A stretch of DNA of 64,000 nt from Pseudovirgaria hyperparasitica (lineage: Eukaryota), in assembly GCA_010093815.1 (NCBI GenBank), contig ML996568.1, one strand, 5' to 3'. A program made the position numbers and the translations under genes. This document shows positions 48,171 through 61,676 of the stretch, one piece after another. Position 1 is the first letter of the stretch. Each line of letters opens with the position of its first letter. The notes beneath the pieces are model-generated. The model saw only the letters and a program-made list of their open reading frames with translations, made no database searches and was not told the DNA's origin.

Positions 48171-49422
48171 TCAGTACAAGATATCATTGACCTCTTCGCC
48201 GATCGCTAAGCAACTTGTCAACCCCGGACTCTCGATACCCAAAAGATTTATGAACCCTTCAAAGCCATCCTCTTTCTTGATATAAAAGTCTTGGAAACCC
48301 TGTCCGCTGGTCACGGCACCAAGCTTACCCAACTTCGGTCGTATGCCAGCATAGTCCAGCCCAATTGCACTGCTATCTATGCTGGGTAGATAGGACTTGA
48401 TATCGTCAATCGCTTCTTCAAGCCTATCGCTGTTCACAGACAGATCAGTCGGATCATCTACCCATTCTACGTCCGGTCCAAATCGTATTCTACCCGACAT
48501 GTCCAAAGTTAGATGTGTGCCTAGACCACCATGACCAGGCACAGGAGCCGGATAGACTAATATGCTCGGCCTCGGTTTCGATAGCGAGTAGGAGAAGTAA
48601 GACCCTTTCGCATAGTATGGTTTGATCTGCCTATGGGATGGTAGTATCATGTTCGAAATATGGATCGCACCGAGACCTGCAGAATTGACCAGGGTCTCGA
48701 CGGTAACAGAACTTTGCTCGCCGGTCTTCCTATCCTTGGTCCATAAAGTCCAGCCTCCTGCTCCTTTGTCGATCGGCTCTACGGATTCGACCGCGGCGTT
48801 GAAGGCACAAATCCCGTTGTTTTCCTCGTAGTCGCCTTGTAAGAATTGCATCAGCCCATGGCTATCTACTATTCCTGTAGTTGTGCTTTCCAGCACTCCA
48901 GCTTGCGCCCGAATGTCTGGTTCTCGTCGCTTGACCTCGTCGGGCGACACAAAGTGCGTGGGAACTCCAATAGTTCGCGCGAAGTCGTGCACCTTTTCGA
49001 TGGCAGCCATTTGCGCGTCGTCTTGTGCAACGATCCATTTACCGCAATTGTTATGGGCTATACTGTTTTTCTTGCAGAGGTCATACATCATCTGCTTCCC
49101 CTTGAGACACAGCTTCGTCTTCATGGAGTCCTCGCCATAGTAAAGTCCCGCATGAATCACCTGATCCAATCAGCATGATGCCCGAGCATGGCTGTCAAGA
49201 CTCTACCTCGGAGTTCCGACTGCTAGTCTCGTTGCCGAAATGACCATGCCTCTCGATAAGAATCGTGGAGGCCCCTTGTCTTGACTGAAGTCGCCTCGCG
49301 ATTGAAAGTCCTACAACACCAGCACCAATAACGGCATGAGTGAAGTCCGCGGAGCGAATCGTCGTCGTAGAAAACGCTCGCTTGTAGCGCGCTGCGCATT
49401 TAATTGTCGAGCGGCTGAACAT
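48171..49422 (-). CDS. L-2-hydroxyglutarate dehydrogenase, mitochondrial FAD-dependent (2 exons)
   Basis: Mitochondrial presequence [70 protein letters not shown]. Confidence 0.93.
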
Positions 49423-50795
49423 TTGGGGATTTTAGAAGCAGAGCACTTCTTCCCTGGTCGCGAACGAGACTGAGATCCTTTGCGCCCCGCAGAAGCACGC
49501 CTTATTGTACGCCCGCGCTGTTTGGTGTCACGTCCGCGAGTTGGGTGTATCGATCAACATCAAATTTGCTTCTTGCTACAGTCTCAGGTTAAAATTTAAA
49601 TTCGACGGGATCTGATGAAGCAAACAATTAACTGGCGAGCGACGAGGAGACAATGGAAGTCGTCGTCTCAATGGATTACGACTAGTGTCAAGATCTACGT
49701 CATGGCGCCAGTCCGATTCATGCTCGAGCTATCCCTCAGAACTTAAAGCAATTACAAGTGTCTGTACTCAGCCGAATTTCGGTGTTGAGTCTGTGACGCG
49801 CAACTTGTAATCTTGGCAACTGCTTGTTCTGAGTTAATACTCCCTTCCCTATACGTACTAGTTGCATCCATCTGCGCAAGCACCTAGGAGCCACCTTAGC
49901 ATGTTCCAACACATCGTTTCTCACTGCTAGATCCGAAAGCTTCAAGCGTGTATCATCACCTACAGCGGCTGTCCGCTAGCATGTCGAACGACGCTTCATC
50001 TCCTGGTGCGAAGAATTCAAGCTTTTGGCTTGGATGATCCTGGAGACCTCCTATTCCGCCCAGGCTCTCAACTCTGCATTGCCTTCATTCTCCAAAGCCA
50101 AACCTGTCCAGTGTTCAGGTCAGTTCCAGAATTTTAGGCCCTCAGGTCTAAAATTTCTTTTGTTACGCGCATCCGTGGACGAAAAGAAAAAGGAAAGCTT
50201 ATCGAATGGCAGGTTGTTTGTAACTACGATAGACAACGCCAAGCATGCAATTGTCCGGATGTCCGCATAGTTGATCCATATAACGCATGTCCGCTCGCAG
50301 AACGATTGGTGCCCGATTCATCCGTACCTGACAACAACGGGCGCTACGGACAATCGATTGAAGATATCGGACTCCTTTCCAATCGACCCAGTCATGGTAT
50401 CAGATAAACCTCGTTGGCCCCTCACTCAGCCCAACGAGAAAGTGAACCATGGCTCGATACAGATACGCTTTCGCTGTGTTGTGCCTATCATGGACTAGTA
50501 TTACACCTTCTCGGCGTCTGCTTGTCGCCATGATGCAAAATGAGTGCCTTCTTTAACGAATGGACATGCTTCTGTAGATAGGCCAATGCTCCCCTTGTTA
50601 TTTGTGTAGTCCGATGCCGTGTTGACCGCCTTTCCGGTAATCTAGACCTTATCTGTTTTGTCAGTTGTATGAATGTCGTCGCTGCTGCATATATGTAATG
50701 ATAGTGTATGGCCTCGCAGGGCTGTCGATATATCCACTTCACGCCCACAAGTTCGCGTCTCACCGCTTCTCCACAACACACAAGGGTCAACCAAC

Positions 50796-52013
50796 ATGTC
50801 GGATCCAGATGACAAGACTGTGGTAATCGCCAGCATTGCTTTGACTGCTGTTTCTTTTGTTTTCATCTCATTGCGACTCTATACTCGATTCTTCGTTGCC
50901 CGCGATGCCGGTGTTGCAGAGGCTTTCATCGCCATTGCGATGGTATGCAATACTCCAACGATGATCAAGGAAAGGAAGTGCTGACTTAGGGCAGGGATCC
51001 AATGTCTCAATGTGTGTTCTAATTGTGAAAGGTAAGCATGCTTAAACCCACGATTACGCAGAGCTAACCCTTCATACAGTCTCGATACTCAGCTTCGAGA
51101 ATGATCGAACATATAATCTTGATAGAACAAGGATACTGAAGGTACAACTCTCGTAGGAGCACAACAACAGTGGCTGGACTGACTGATCACAATAGCTCCT
51201 ATGGGCTGGTATCATAAGCTACAACCTCGGTGTTGGAACTGTTAAGATCTCAATCCTCTTACAATACCTACGAATATTCGCAACTACTTCTTTCCGCATC
51301 ATCTCGTGGTTGATTCTTGTAATCACAAGTACATTTATATTCTGGTCCGTGTTCAGCACGATCTTCAATTGCCACCCAATTACCGACTTCTGGAGAGAAG
51401 TTCCTCCTGCCGGTGCATGTCTGAATACATCAGAGGTGTGGCTCGCGAACTCGATCGTCAACCTAGCTCTCAACCTCACCATCCTGATTTTGCCAATTAC
51501 AGACTTCTTCAGGATGAGAACACTGAAACGACAAAAGGCATTACTTATGCTCCTGTTCGGGCTTGGCCTCTCGTAAGTTCCCTTTCCTCTATCTCGCCCT
51601 TCAGTCGAAATGCTCCCTAACACCTACAAAGTATAATCATAATATCAGCCGTCCGCCTGCACTACACTCTCTCCACCACACGCGCGACCCTGAACACAAA
51701 TACGACCCTCCCTTTGACATCCACACTTGAACTCTCCCTCGGCATAATCCTTTCCTCCACACTCTCCCTACGCTCCCTCACAATCCGTTTCTTTCCTGAT
51801 CTTTTCGGCCCACCATCCTGCCCCAGCCCCGTGCCCTCGCACATCTCAAACTACCTATCCCATTTCCCCGGCCGCCACGATCGAGAGTCGCACTACTACC
51901 ACCATAATCCCCATTACTACAACGACTCGCTGTCCGAGCTTGCTAGGCCTCCAGGCCGCGACGTCGAACTCCTAGCCGAGGCTAAGATCACGGCTTGTGC
52001 GACGGCCGAATGA
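50796..52013 (+). CDS. PTH11-like (fungal rhodopsin domain) integral membrane protein without CFEM, 5 exons
   Basis: LRLYTR, YNLGVGTVKISILLQYLRIF, FNCHPITDFW..GAC, LILP...KRQKALLMLLFGLG, ISAVRL, LELSLGII; four GT-AG introns keep the frame. Confidence 0.85.
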
Positions 52014-52859
52014 GCTGGTGCGAATATGCGGCCCAGTGAGGAGGATGGCGAGATTAGTGTTGTCACGAGCATTAAACAAACTAGCGAAGAGAGAGACTGG
52101 GAGTGGGGACGTAGCACGATGAGTGTGGGCAGCATGAATCACATAGGTAGCCTGGGGACAATCGAAGAGACATGCGAGATATGGTTGGACGATAAGAGTA
52201 TCCACAGCTTTGGTATGAGATCGACTTAGTCTTGGATTGGAGAGATGGATATAAAAATGTGCGGAGCTGTGGAAGTATAATTTAGCCGACACAACTTCGG
52301 GTTTTTCGGGGGGTTATGGAAGCGGATGTTGATACCCCAGAATTAGCATTTCTTCTTGCGTGCGGGTATTGACACGTATGTGTGGGCTCTCCACGTTGTA
52401 GGAACCCTTTATATATATATTCTCTGTTCCTCAAATAGTCAATATATCTATACTCTTAACACACCGGAATAATTCCCGAAGGACATGCCATTTAAAAGAA
52501 ACCATACTGTTCTGCCACCCAAGTCCCCGGGAACTCATATTGTGCATGCAACCCTTCACTATCAAGCCATCTGACCTCTATGGAACAAGCTGTCATATAT
52601 AGATAACAGGGTGTATGACGTAACGAGGAATGGTATACAAAATCTGTGGAATGAACTGTTCGCTCTACCTTGCTATACCATGGTTCACTTGTCTCGCCGA
52701 CCTAGAGCCTTCCCACCAATTTGGCGACCCTTGATTAACCCATCACAACCACGATATCCGCAAGCTACGCTTTGTCAGAAAAGTGTAGTATTCTATGTAC
52801 AAAATCTAGAAAACGTGTGCATGCCAAATCATGTATTTTCATAGGCGTCATTCGAATGT

Positions 52860-54247
52860 CTACAACTGCTCGTTGACGAACAAGCCAGCCATGCCCTGTC
52901 CCGTACCAATACACATGCTCGTCAAGAGCACCTTCTTTTTTGTCCGCCTGGCCTCGCTCAATCCAGTAACAACCTGACGAGCTCCTGTACAGCCGAGCGG
53001 GTGGCCAAGCGCAATTGCACCCCCACGGGGGTTTAACTTCTCTGCTGGGATATTGAGCGTTTGTTGGCAGTATACCGCCATACTTGCGAATGCCTCATTG
53101 ATCTCAACAATATCGATATCGTCGAGGGTTACGTTAAATTTCTTAAGTAGTTTAGGAATGGCGACAGATGGGCCGATACCCATGATGCGTGGTGGCAGAC
53201 CGGCAACGGTGGCACCACAAAATTTGGCCAAGATTGGTTGGCCGAGCTCTTGGGCACGCGAGCGCTTCATGAGCAGCACGGCGGCGGCGCCGTCAGTAAC
53301 TTGTGAGCTGTTACCTCCTGTAGACTTGTCACCGTATTCCTTGAAAGCGGGACGAATCTTTGAGAGACCCTCGTAAGTGGTGCCATAACGGGGACCTTCA
53401 TCCTTGGTGAGAGTCACAGTGTGCATCTCACCGGTCTTGGGGTCCTTGATCTGTGTTTGGATCGGGGCGATCTCATCGTCGAACCAGCCGGCCTTTTGGG
53501 CAACTTCGGCTTTACGGTAGGACTCAGTTGCGTAACGATCTTGCATCTCACGGGAGATGTTGAAGTCGCGGCCGACGTTCTCAGAGGTAGCTCCCATGGG
53601 CAGCATGCAGTCTTTTGCATCTTGCGTGGTGAGGACCTCTGGGTCAAAGGGTCGCTCGAGACGATCACCACCTGTGGTCATGGACTCCGCACCGATCGCA
53701 AGACCAATGTCAATGCTGCCGTTGCTGATCTGGTTGGCGATGTCCTGAATGGCCTTCAGGCCGGAGGAGCAGAAGCGATTGCATGAGGAGGCGGAGGTAG
53801 TGACAGGGAACCCGGCGGCGAGGGAAGCGGCACGGCAATAATATGCAGCTTTAGCATCTGAGACCTATAGATCACAGGTATGTTAGAGACAATGTCATGT
53901 TTGCGCCGGGGCAGTACATCTTACGTTTCCAAGGCAGATATCTTCAACGAGAGCCGGGTCAAGGTTAGAGCGCTTGTTCACTTCCTTCATCAGCTTGACG
54001 ACAATAGCTTCGAGAACGGTATCCTTGAAACCACCCTTACCACCCTTGGCGAGGGGAGTACGGATAGCAAGTGTTACAACGATATCATCGGGATTCTTGG
54101 TGGTGCTGTAAAGGTCAAATTAGCCAGCTGGTCCTCCATAGTACCCGCATGCTCTGGTGATGGTGTCAAGGAGACTTACAGAGCTGAGAGACCGCTCTTG
54201 AGAGGATTCAGGTGGGTGATGATGGAGCTCAGGCGTTCGGTGGCCAT
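52860..54247 (-). CDS. POT1: Peroxisomal 3-ketoacyl-CoA thiolase with PTS2 (3 exons)
   Basis: PTS2 RLSSIITHL, NRFCSSGL, NEAFA, GHPLGCTG, CIGTGQG. Confidence 0.95.
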
Positions 54248-54385
54248 GTTGAGGAGAGTGAGTCAAGGATGCAATGAAGACGATGTGTAGGCCTGGCAAG
54301 TTAGAGTATTGTGAAGAATCAGAAGCGGCGTCGAATGTAGAGAGAGGTTGAGATTGCTGGTAAGTATGAGCTTTCCCCGCAAGTG

Positions 54386-54391
54386 CCTCGG
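54386..54391. promoter_or_regulatory. FarA/FarB (Ctf1) fatty-acid response element CCTCGG
   Basis: Exact CCTCGG about 140 nt upstream of the thiolase ATG; this motif is established for beta-oxidation genes of filamentous ascomycetes. Confidence 0.55.
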
Positions 54392-54922
54392 TTCGAAAGA
54401 GCAGTCGGCATCTGAGGCGGCTCTACCTAGTCCCGCGTCCCAACGAGTGCCGCCGCCAACCGCGGCACGTGTACTGAGAAGCTGCCTTGCTGCCTTGCTG
54501 CCTTGCTCCAGCTGTTGCAACACCGAGACCTGGAGTGGGCAAAAAAGTGGTTTAGAGTGCCAGAGTGACGTCATTTACAAAACATTCAACAAACCAATCA
54601 ATGCCAAGGTTTTTCTATTCACTCATCATTTGAACTAATGAACGTTGACTATTGATGTAACATGCTGTGTTCCCACGACTCAGCACTGAGACACCCTCTA
54701 CTAGGCTTATGTTGACTAATAATATTAGGCTAATTCACTGGTATGGCCATTCCTGCTCTGTATATTCCGTGTTCTGTGTGTTGTCTTCTCCGCCACTTCT
54801 CAGGTTCCTACTGCTAACCTAACATGACCTTACCTTACCCACGTAGTCCACCCACGCATGCGATGTGATTGCACACGCCTCGATCCTTTCCGTATATAAC
54901 CACCATCCTCCCGCCTCCTCGT

Positions 54923-56453
54923 ATGGCCGCCTGGCAACATCGTCTCATCTACTTTCGCGACTTCGCATATCCTTCCCAACCTCACCGCTCTCGAATGCCA
55001 AACTCAGACATCGGCGACGCGCCTGCTGGCTCGTTTGCAGCGTACGTAAATGGCTCCGTTACTACTCTACCTACTCCTCCTTTAGATCCTTTGGATAGAA
55101 TACACAAAACTGCCCTGGTGGCGGAGGAGTTGGGTGCTGAATCTGGCTCCGACAGTGAGCAAGGTTCCAAGTCGTCTTCGCGACGCTCCTCGTCCGATTC
55201 GACTCGAAGACATTCTCACTCTCGACCGACCCTCGCTCATCGCATCTACACTCAGAACCTCCGCGTTCAAGCAAATGCTAAATCCCTCCGCGCCAGGCTC
55301 CTCTCCGGTCCTTTGGTCGATATCTATGTTGGTCACTCCAAGAAACACTGGTCGCTGCACCGAAATCTCCTCTGCCATCACTCCGAATACCTTACACATG
55401 AGCTTCTACCTACCAGTGAGAACGAAGATCCCGAATCAAGCATAGACCTGCCAGACGACGATCCATCCGGTTTTGAGCTGTTGGTCAAGTGGTTATACCA
55501 AGGAAAGCTTGACGATGTCTCTAACATATCTGATCCATACCAGCAGTATGACTATGCTGTGGCTTGCCATGCCCTCTGGCTGATATGTGATCGTTTTGAC
55601 ATGCCACAACTGAAGAACCTAGCAATCGATCAATTCCGCCAGGGCCTGTATGAAGCCGAACTCGTACCCGACGCTGAAGAAATCAACTTCATCTACCGCA
55701 AATCTAAAAAGGGCTCTCCATTTCGACGCCTAATGACCAAGATTGCTGCCAGACAAATTATGGATCCTCATGCGAACAAGGATGCCACATCCTACCTGTC
55801 TTGCTTTCGAGATGATCCTGAATTCGCTGTAGAGCTCGTCAATACTATTAAGAATGATTCCGGTGGTATGCTCTTTGAAGATCCCACGGAGAGCGGCGAT
55901 GCGTGTATCTACCATGATCACCATGATAGTCCGGATTGTCATCAGAAAGGGAAGCCCCGCACAGGTACCTGAAAGCTATTCTTCACTTCAGTTATGGTTC
56001 TGGTCTATGCCCACTGGCTTATCTTGCTCATCACCCTGTTTTTACTTGCGGCTTGTTAATCGATGGCCTAACTCCAGTTCTTTCAAAGGGACCCAGGTCG
56101 CCACCTCCGTCAAACCTGTTTTCAAAACCAACTTCCACATCCCGCGTAATACACCCGTCCCACCAACTCAGCCAGACACCATTACTACAAAGCCAGATAA
56201 TGCAACTCCCAAACTTAACGACCTTGAACGGGATCGAACCGGTGGTACCTCCGATACCACTTCGGACCCCGCCAACATATTTCTCCCCATATATTCAGGG
56301 GACTCTCCGCAAGACGTCATTGACATCGACAGCGTCAGTCTCGCTCCTGAACCTGAACGTAGGTCAGTCACATTCGCCCGGTCTCCAAAGCGCAATCCTA
56401 CGCCGCCGAAGCTCAGGCGCAGAAAGACTGATGGTGTCAAGGCGGTCGCCTAG
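54923..56453 (+). CDS. BTB/POZ domain protein (2 exons)
   Basis: LVDIYVG...WSLHRNLLCHHSEY, LPDDDPSGFELLVKWLYQG, LWLICDRFDMPQLKNLAID; intron at about 55965-56088 joins the Pro/Thr-rich last exon; start 54923 or 54996. Confidence 0.88.
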
Positions 56454-59400
56454 GTTGTGGTGGTGGTGGTGGGGAAAAGCAAAGAGTTATGATGATGTCC
56501 CACAATCCACGTGATGCGATACCTGGCCTAAGTGTAGCAAGACATGATACCCCATTGTACGAGAACAAGGATGCGACACTAACGTCTTCATTCATATCGA
56601 TAGTTGGTAGATTAACTCAGTAGGCCATGTGCGTCTTTGTTACTGTGCTGTATTTTCGTATCATTTTTTGGCTCATCGATGGAGCTACCACTGGTAAACC
56701 AGTTCACAATGTAGAGTGATATAAGCGCGGTACATTACGGGCCAAAACTCTTGAGGCAAGCTTTTGATTATGTAAAGTACGGAGAAATTCAAAGGTTTAC
56801 GAAGCGAATGAAGCTCACAGTCACCGGAAAACCACATCAAAAAAATTATAAAAGATATATGCAATAGCAAATTTAAAACCAACGCAAGACAATACGAGCG
56901 CGCAGAAGAAATGCCCAGGAAAATATGTTGAGGTAGCAACGGAGGCGCAGAAAGTCCTAGAGTAAGGATAAGTGTGAGAGACTGAACTTAAGAAACAGTC
57001 ATATCTGACGACGTAATGATCAAACAACGGAAATGAACGGACAAAAAGTCAATTTGCATATCGTTATATATACATATATGTGACTCTGAATAAACGCGCT
57101 TTACAACACACTCTGAAACTCTCAAGCACAGGTCTTCATCACAACCTACAGCATGCAGCTCACGGATGTGAGCACGCATCGATGCAGAACCTTAATGTAT
57201 GACAATAGAACAGTACTACTGCGTCTATCTATTCACAAGGTGAGTACAACATGCATCGTATAGTTCCTCTCATAGCCAAGACAAGCATGTAATGAGCCTT
57301 TGATAGTAGTGCTCTGTGGTAGCCCGTGAGACAAGCATTTGCATGGCAAGTAGCTTCGATGACGCTGAGTTCCCGATGGATTGACTCCTCACGTACACAC
57401 GCATTCCAGACAGTATTCCGTACAGATCCACGCCAAAATCTATCTGGCCAGCCACACCATCATGACTACGTCCGGCCCAAGGATTCTGCTTTCCGCGACT
57501 GTACCATTATCACTGTGTCGCATCTGTACCGACAAAGCGACCCATACCAACACATGCCTCTTCTCAAGTAAGTCAGTCGCAAGATATATCACGAGCCTTG
57601 TCTCGGTACCTGCACTACGCTGTATTCACGAGATGACCCATGCGCGCCAGTTCTGTGCCTGTTAGCATCCATTGGGACCCAGAGGGACGGATAACGGATC
57701 GGCCCAGCGGCACGGCGCGATGCCACGCGATGTGATGCACATTTGGAGTTACTACCAGACGAGCGTGATAGGAGCCCATTAGACGAGCCCGCGGCAGTGC
57801 AATTATGTGAGTGCAGGCGACGTACAGGAGTCGAGTCAGGGGTCGCGGGCGTCGTGAGAACACGTCTGAGACGGATTGGTAAAGTGTGTGTGTAGGTAAG
57901 TGTCGAATGAGGCGAGCGCTACTCTTGAATTTAGGACTATAAGACGACTATTTCCAAGTCCAGGCTAAGATATATACCAGCGACGGTGCAGGGAGGCGAT
58001 GGTCAGCCCAGGGATGCCTCATAGCAGCGTACACAAGATGAACGACAGCGTCAGAAGTGGGCGAGCGGCCCCTAGCTGTCGTCTTGCGGCTCTCTGTCTA
58101 GGCTCTGCAAGGCTTGGCGGGCTGAGTAACCGGGGCGTCTGAGCGGTCAAAGGTCGAGTCGACCGGTGAAAGAAGTACAAGGCAACAACGAAAATCATTA
58201 TAATAGCCCGGTTTTCGGGTCAGATCATATGTGAACAGCATGCGGGCAAGAAGCCAATCACACAGGCCAAAGCTGATCGGTGAGGACTGCGGCTGATGAG
58301 GTTCCCGCTCTGGTCGGTCTCTTAACTTGATGTTATTCGAGAGACCTATTGTGAACAGCCAATTCTTGAGGTTCCGATTCCAATGTCTATGCAAGTCAAG
58401 AGTCATACTACTAGGAGAATTTTGTCGGGGTAAGCGCTCTTCACACCGTCATTACGCTATGCGGGTTTTCCATGATGGTTGCCTATTTTTCTTGAAGATT
58501 GTGAACCTGGGCGACTCTTCCCTGTAGCACGGGTTGTGACTGCTAAGAGATCCATGTTGTCGTATAATAGGCCGGGGGATATTCATACCGCAGATGAGGT
58601 TTCAGCGTCAGACGGTAAACCGTTGACGCTCAGCTTGAAGCCATATGATTGTGTGGCTGATATGTCCATATGCCGGGCATGGGAGATGGATTCTCAAGAC
58701 TGACCGGTTAAGATCTACGATATTTGTGACACAAGCCAAAGGTCCTCTCAGCAACCACATTGCCAAATATGGGCATATGAGCCTCAATCGACTCAGAACT
58801 GCGACACGTAGACATTGTAGCAGGGGAAGCCTGTATTCTCAATTGTGTCCAAAAATCGTTAGTGAGTTTGTTGACGACTTGCAATGCTACAGCTCTACTC
58901 CGTCAACTGCTCAGCTACAATGTCTCTTTCATCATGCAATTCCACATTAGAGTCTGCCTGACATGGCAGTGCGCCCGACGGGAGGACTGACCCAATTCTG
59001 TGGAAGTGTAATGCGGCCCTGCGGCATAGCATCCCAAAACTGGAATGCTCCTTCCAGTCATACTTCAACACTACGGTAAGGAGGAGAGTCTAAGTGTCCA
59101 GGTGGGTACCACCTGCAAACCTGTCATCTTGTCCATTGGTCTAATCTCAAGCCGACCAGAGCGCCAAATCCCACCTTTTGTCTACCAGTCCGACTGGTTT
59201 TCGCAATTTCGAATGTGGACCCCAAATCATGACACGCCTATCGCTGGTAATGCGCTGAAGGTGACGCGGCTCGTCGAATCCGACGTGGGATGAGTCTGAA
59301 GAGCCGCTATCACCGAATGGCTAACTGAGGCTAGAGTTTGCCTTCTATTCTTAACGGAAAATACATGCTTGGACACTTGCAGAGCCTCAAAACTCATCAG

Positions 59401-59641
59401 CTGATAGCAATCATTGCATGTGAGAGGTTACACGCACGAGCTGTATTCGTACATAGTGGTGATATGTGTTGGGCCTTAGATGGTCTGGCACGAGGCTCTG
59501 CTCATCTCGATGAGCTGGCTGGACAAAGAGTCATTCGTCAGGGACGGCTTCTCACGTATAAGAAGAAGCATCTCCTCACTGTTGGGTATTGGACGCACCG
59601 CCGAATCACCAATTCAGTACCCCTGCATGTATTCAGCAAAC

Positions 59642-61152
59642 ATGTTCGCTATGCCATCTTCACTTCTCACTAGGACTCCTTCTTTAGAGAGTATCAGCTC
59701 CTTCCGCTCGTCAGAAACGACGATCTCGGAGATCAGTGGCTTCGCTCCGGCATCTATTAGCCCTAGAGTCTGGGATGGAAGCACCTTGACACCGGAGGAT
59801 TACGTTTTCAAGTTATCGAAGGAAGAAGTCCAAGCAGTTCGCCACGCCGTAGTGAGCTTCAAATGTAAGTATGATAAGAAATTCTGGGACGTTGGAAACC
59901 TTTTCATCATTAGATAACCGCACCTCTCATGGTCAAAACCGGCAGGAGAGATACTTGTCCGCCAAGCATCAGCTAAATAATATGTTCGGGGCGTTTTACT
60001 GACCAGTCTACATCGCAGTGAGTGGACGACCCCGGAGCGACTTGAGTCCAAGCACGTTTCATCTTCCACTCGAACTCGCAAGAAAACTTCGCAATTGTAG
60101 CGAACACATCCATGACGGTCCTGGACTCTCCGTAGTCAGAGGCTTGAATGAGGCACGATTCAACGACGAAGAGAGTGTATTGGCATTTGTTGGGGTGTCC
60201 TCCCATGTTTGTCCGGAACGAGCCACAGATGGCTTCGCGAATCAAACCCTGAGTTAGCATTACTATGTCTACCCAGGACAAATAGCGACTGATGCTAGTC
60301 ATAGGTCATATTCGTGATGCCACTCGAGATAAAGTTCTGGAAGGAGCTGAGCACATTGGTCTTGCCGGGTCAAAACTTCCGACAGCTATGGTAAGCTGAT
60401 CATCTGCTTTGCCAAATTCTCGGTGGGTGGACTTCACATTGCTGACATTCAAAAGGAGTTTCACGCAGATCGCTATTCTGGAGACGTCTTAGCTTTATAT
60501 GTGCGCAACACAGGGGGCGAGAACAACGGTGGAGACCAGTTTCTTGCGAGCTTTGGCGCCGTGTACAACGAGATTCTAGCCACTGATCCAGAGGTATTGG
60601 ACACTCTGTCGGTAGATAACTGGCCATTTGAGATGAAGGACTCGTAAGTAAGATAACTACATATCATTTCATTAGCTGAACGCTGCATTCAGGAAGACGG
60701 AATTGCCCTACCTTGAGCCAGGACCTGTCCTTTGGTTTAGCAGAGGCAGACCAATTTGTCAGTTGGTGCGAGCTCCACTCCTTGGAAGCCCCAAGATACC
60801 AAGATCGTGTGCTATGCCAAAGCTTTCAGAGAAGCAGTTGTATGCGCTTCAAGTTGTGGAAAAAATCGCTTCGCATCGCAAAATCAAGCTGGATCGGCAA
60901 GAAGGCGACATACAATACATTCATAATCTTAGTGTAATGCATGCTAGATCGGCGTATGGATCTAAAGCAGAAGGTCCTAGCCAACGTCACCTCCTGAGGA
61001 TGTTCCTTCGGGACCCTCAAAGGGCATGGGTGAAACCTCCAGGCTATTGTCAGAAGTTCGAAGGTTGTTTTACAAAAGATCGAGAACAAAACATCCCGAT
61101 ATTTGATGCTGATCCATGGAGAAAAATCAGTGGTCGAGATAGCCACGGCTGA
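59642..61152 (+). CDS. TauD/TfdA (clavaminate synthase-like) Fe(II)/2-oxoglutarate dioxygenase, 5 exons
   Basis: VWDGS..L, G.GLSVVRGL, HIRDA, EFHAD (HxD), GDVLAL, GDIQYIHNLSVMHAR, RHLLRMFLRD; four GT-AG introns in frame; start uncertain (59480/59642/59651). Confidence 0.88.
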
Positions 61153-61676
61153 TTGATTGGGACATTCTCCCCCTGACGAGGTAGTAACTTAGGTGTTAGG
61201 GGGTTTCGACGTTATGGACTGTGTGTTGTCGGGAACCATATGATATTCTTAGATCCTGTCAAAGTGAGGGTCTCGTGGTGGAAAAACTAGACATCTCTTG
61301 ACTAGGGTTGACCCCTAAAGCTTTTTCGTACGTAGTGGTATACCTGAGGGTTTCGTGGTCTATAGGGTGCGTCCAACGTTCAGATTGCTATTTCTTGATT
61401 ATAGAGACGACTCATAACAGCTTCCCAGCCGTTTCACGATCATGTGGTACGACACTTCGATATGGGTCCTCTTGCCCGAAAAGCACAACTTTTGCATCCA
61501 ACTGCCCTCAGGCCAAATCTCTCGGCTTCTTTGCAGTGTTACAAGTGATTGCAAGGCTCATAAAAGTGAGACTCGCTCGGAGTAGTTATTTGTACGGAAG
61601 ATGTGTACGTATCCTCTAGTTTCCCAACTTAAAACATTGACACACAACCACTTGGCAACTATAAGCCCGGCAGAAT

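Noticed and set aside
54481..54507. (GCTGCCTT)3 repeat and TGACGTCA at 54566
   Set aside because: Too short to assign a function from sequence alone.
56500..59480. 3-kb region with many short ORFs; considered TPP riboswitch, snRNA or transposon
   Set aside because: CTGAGA occurrences lack the rest of the TPP aptamer; no snRNA signatures, terminal repeats or transposase/RT motifs seen.
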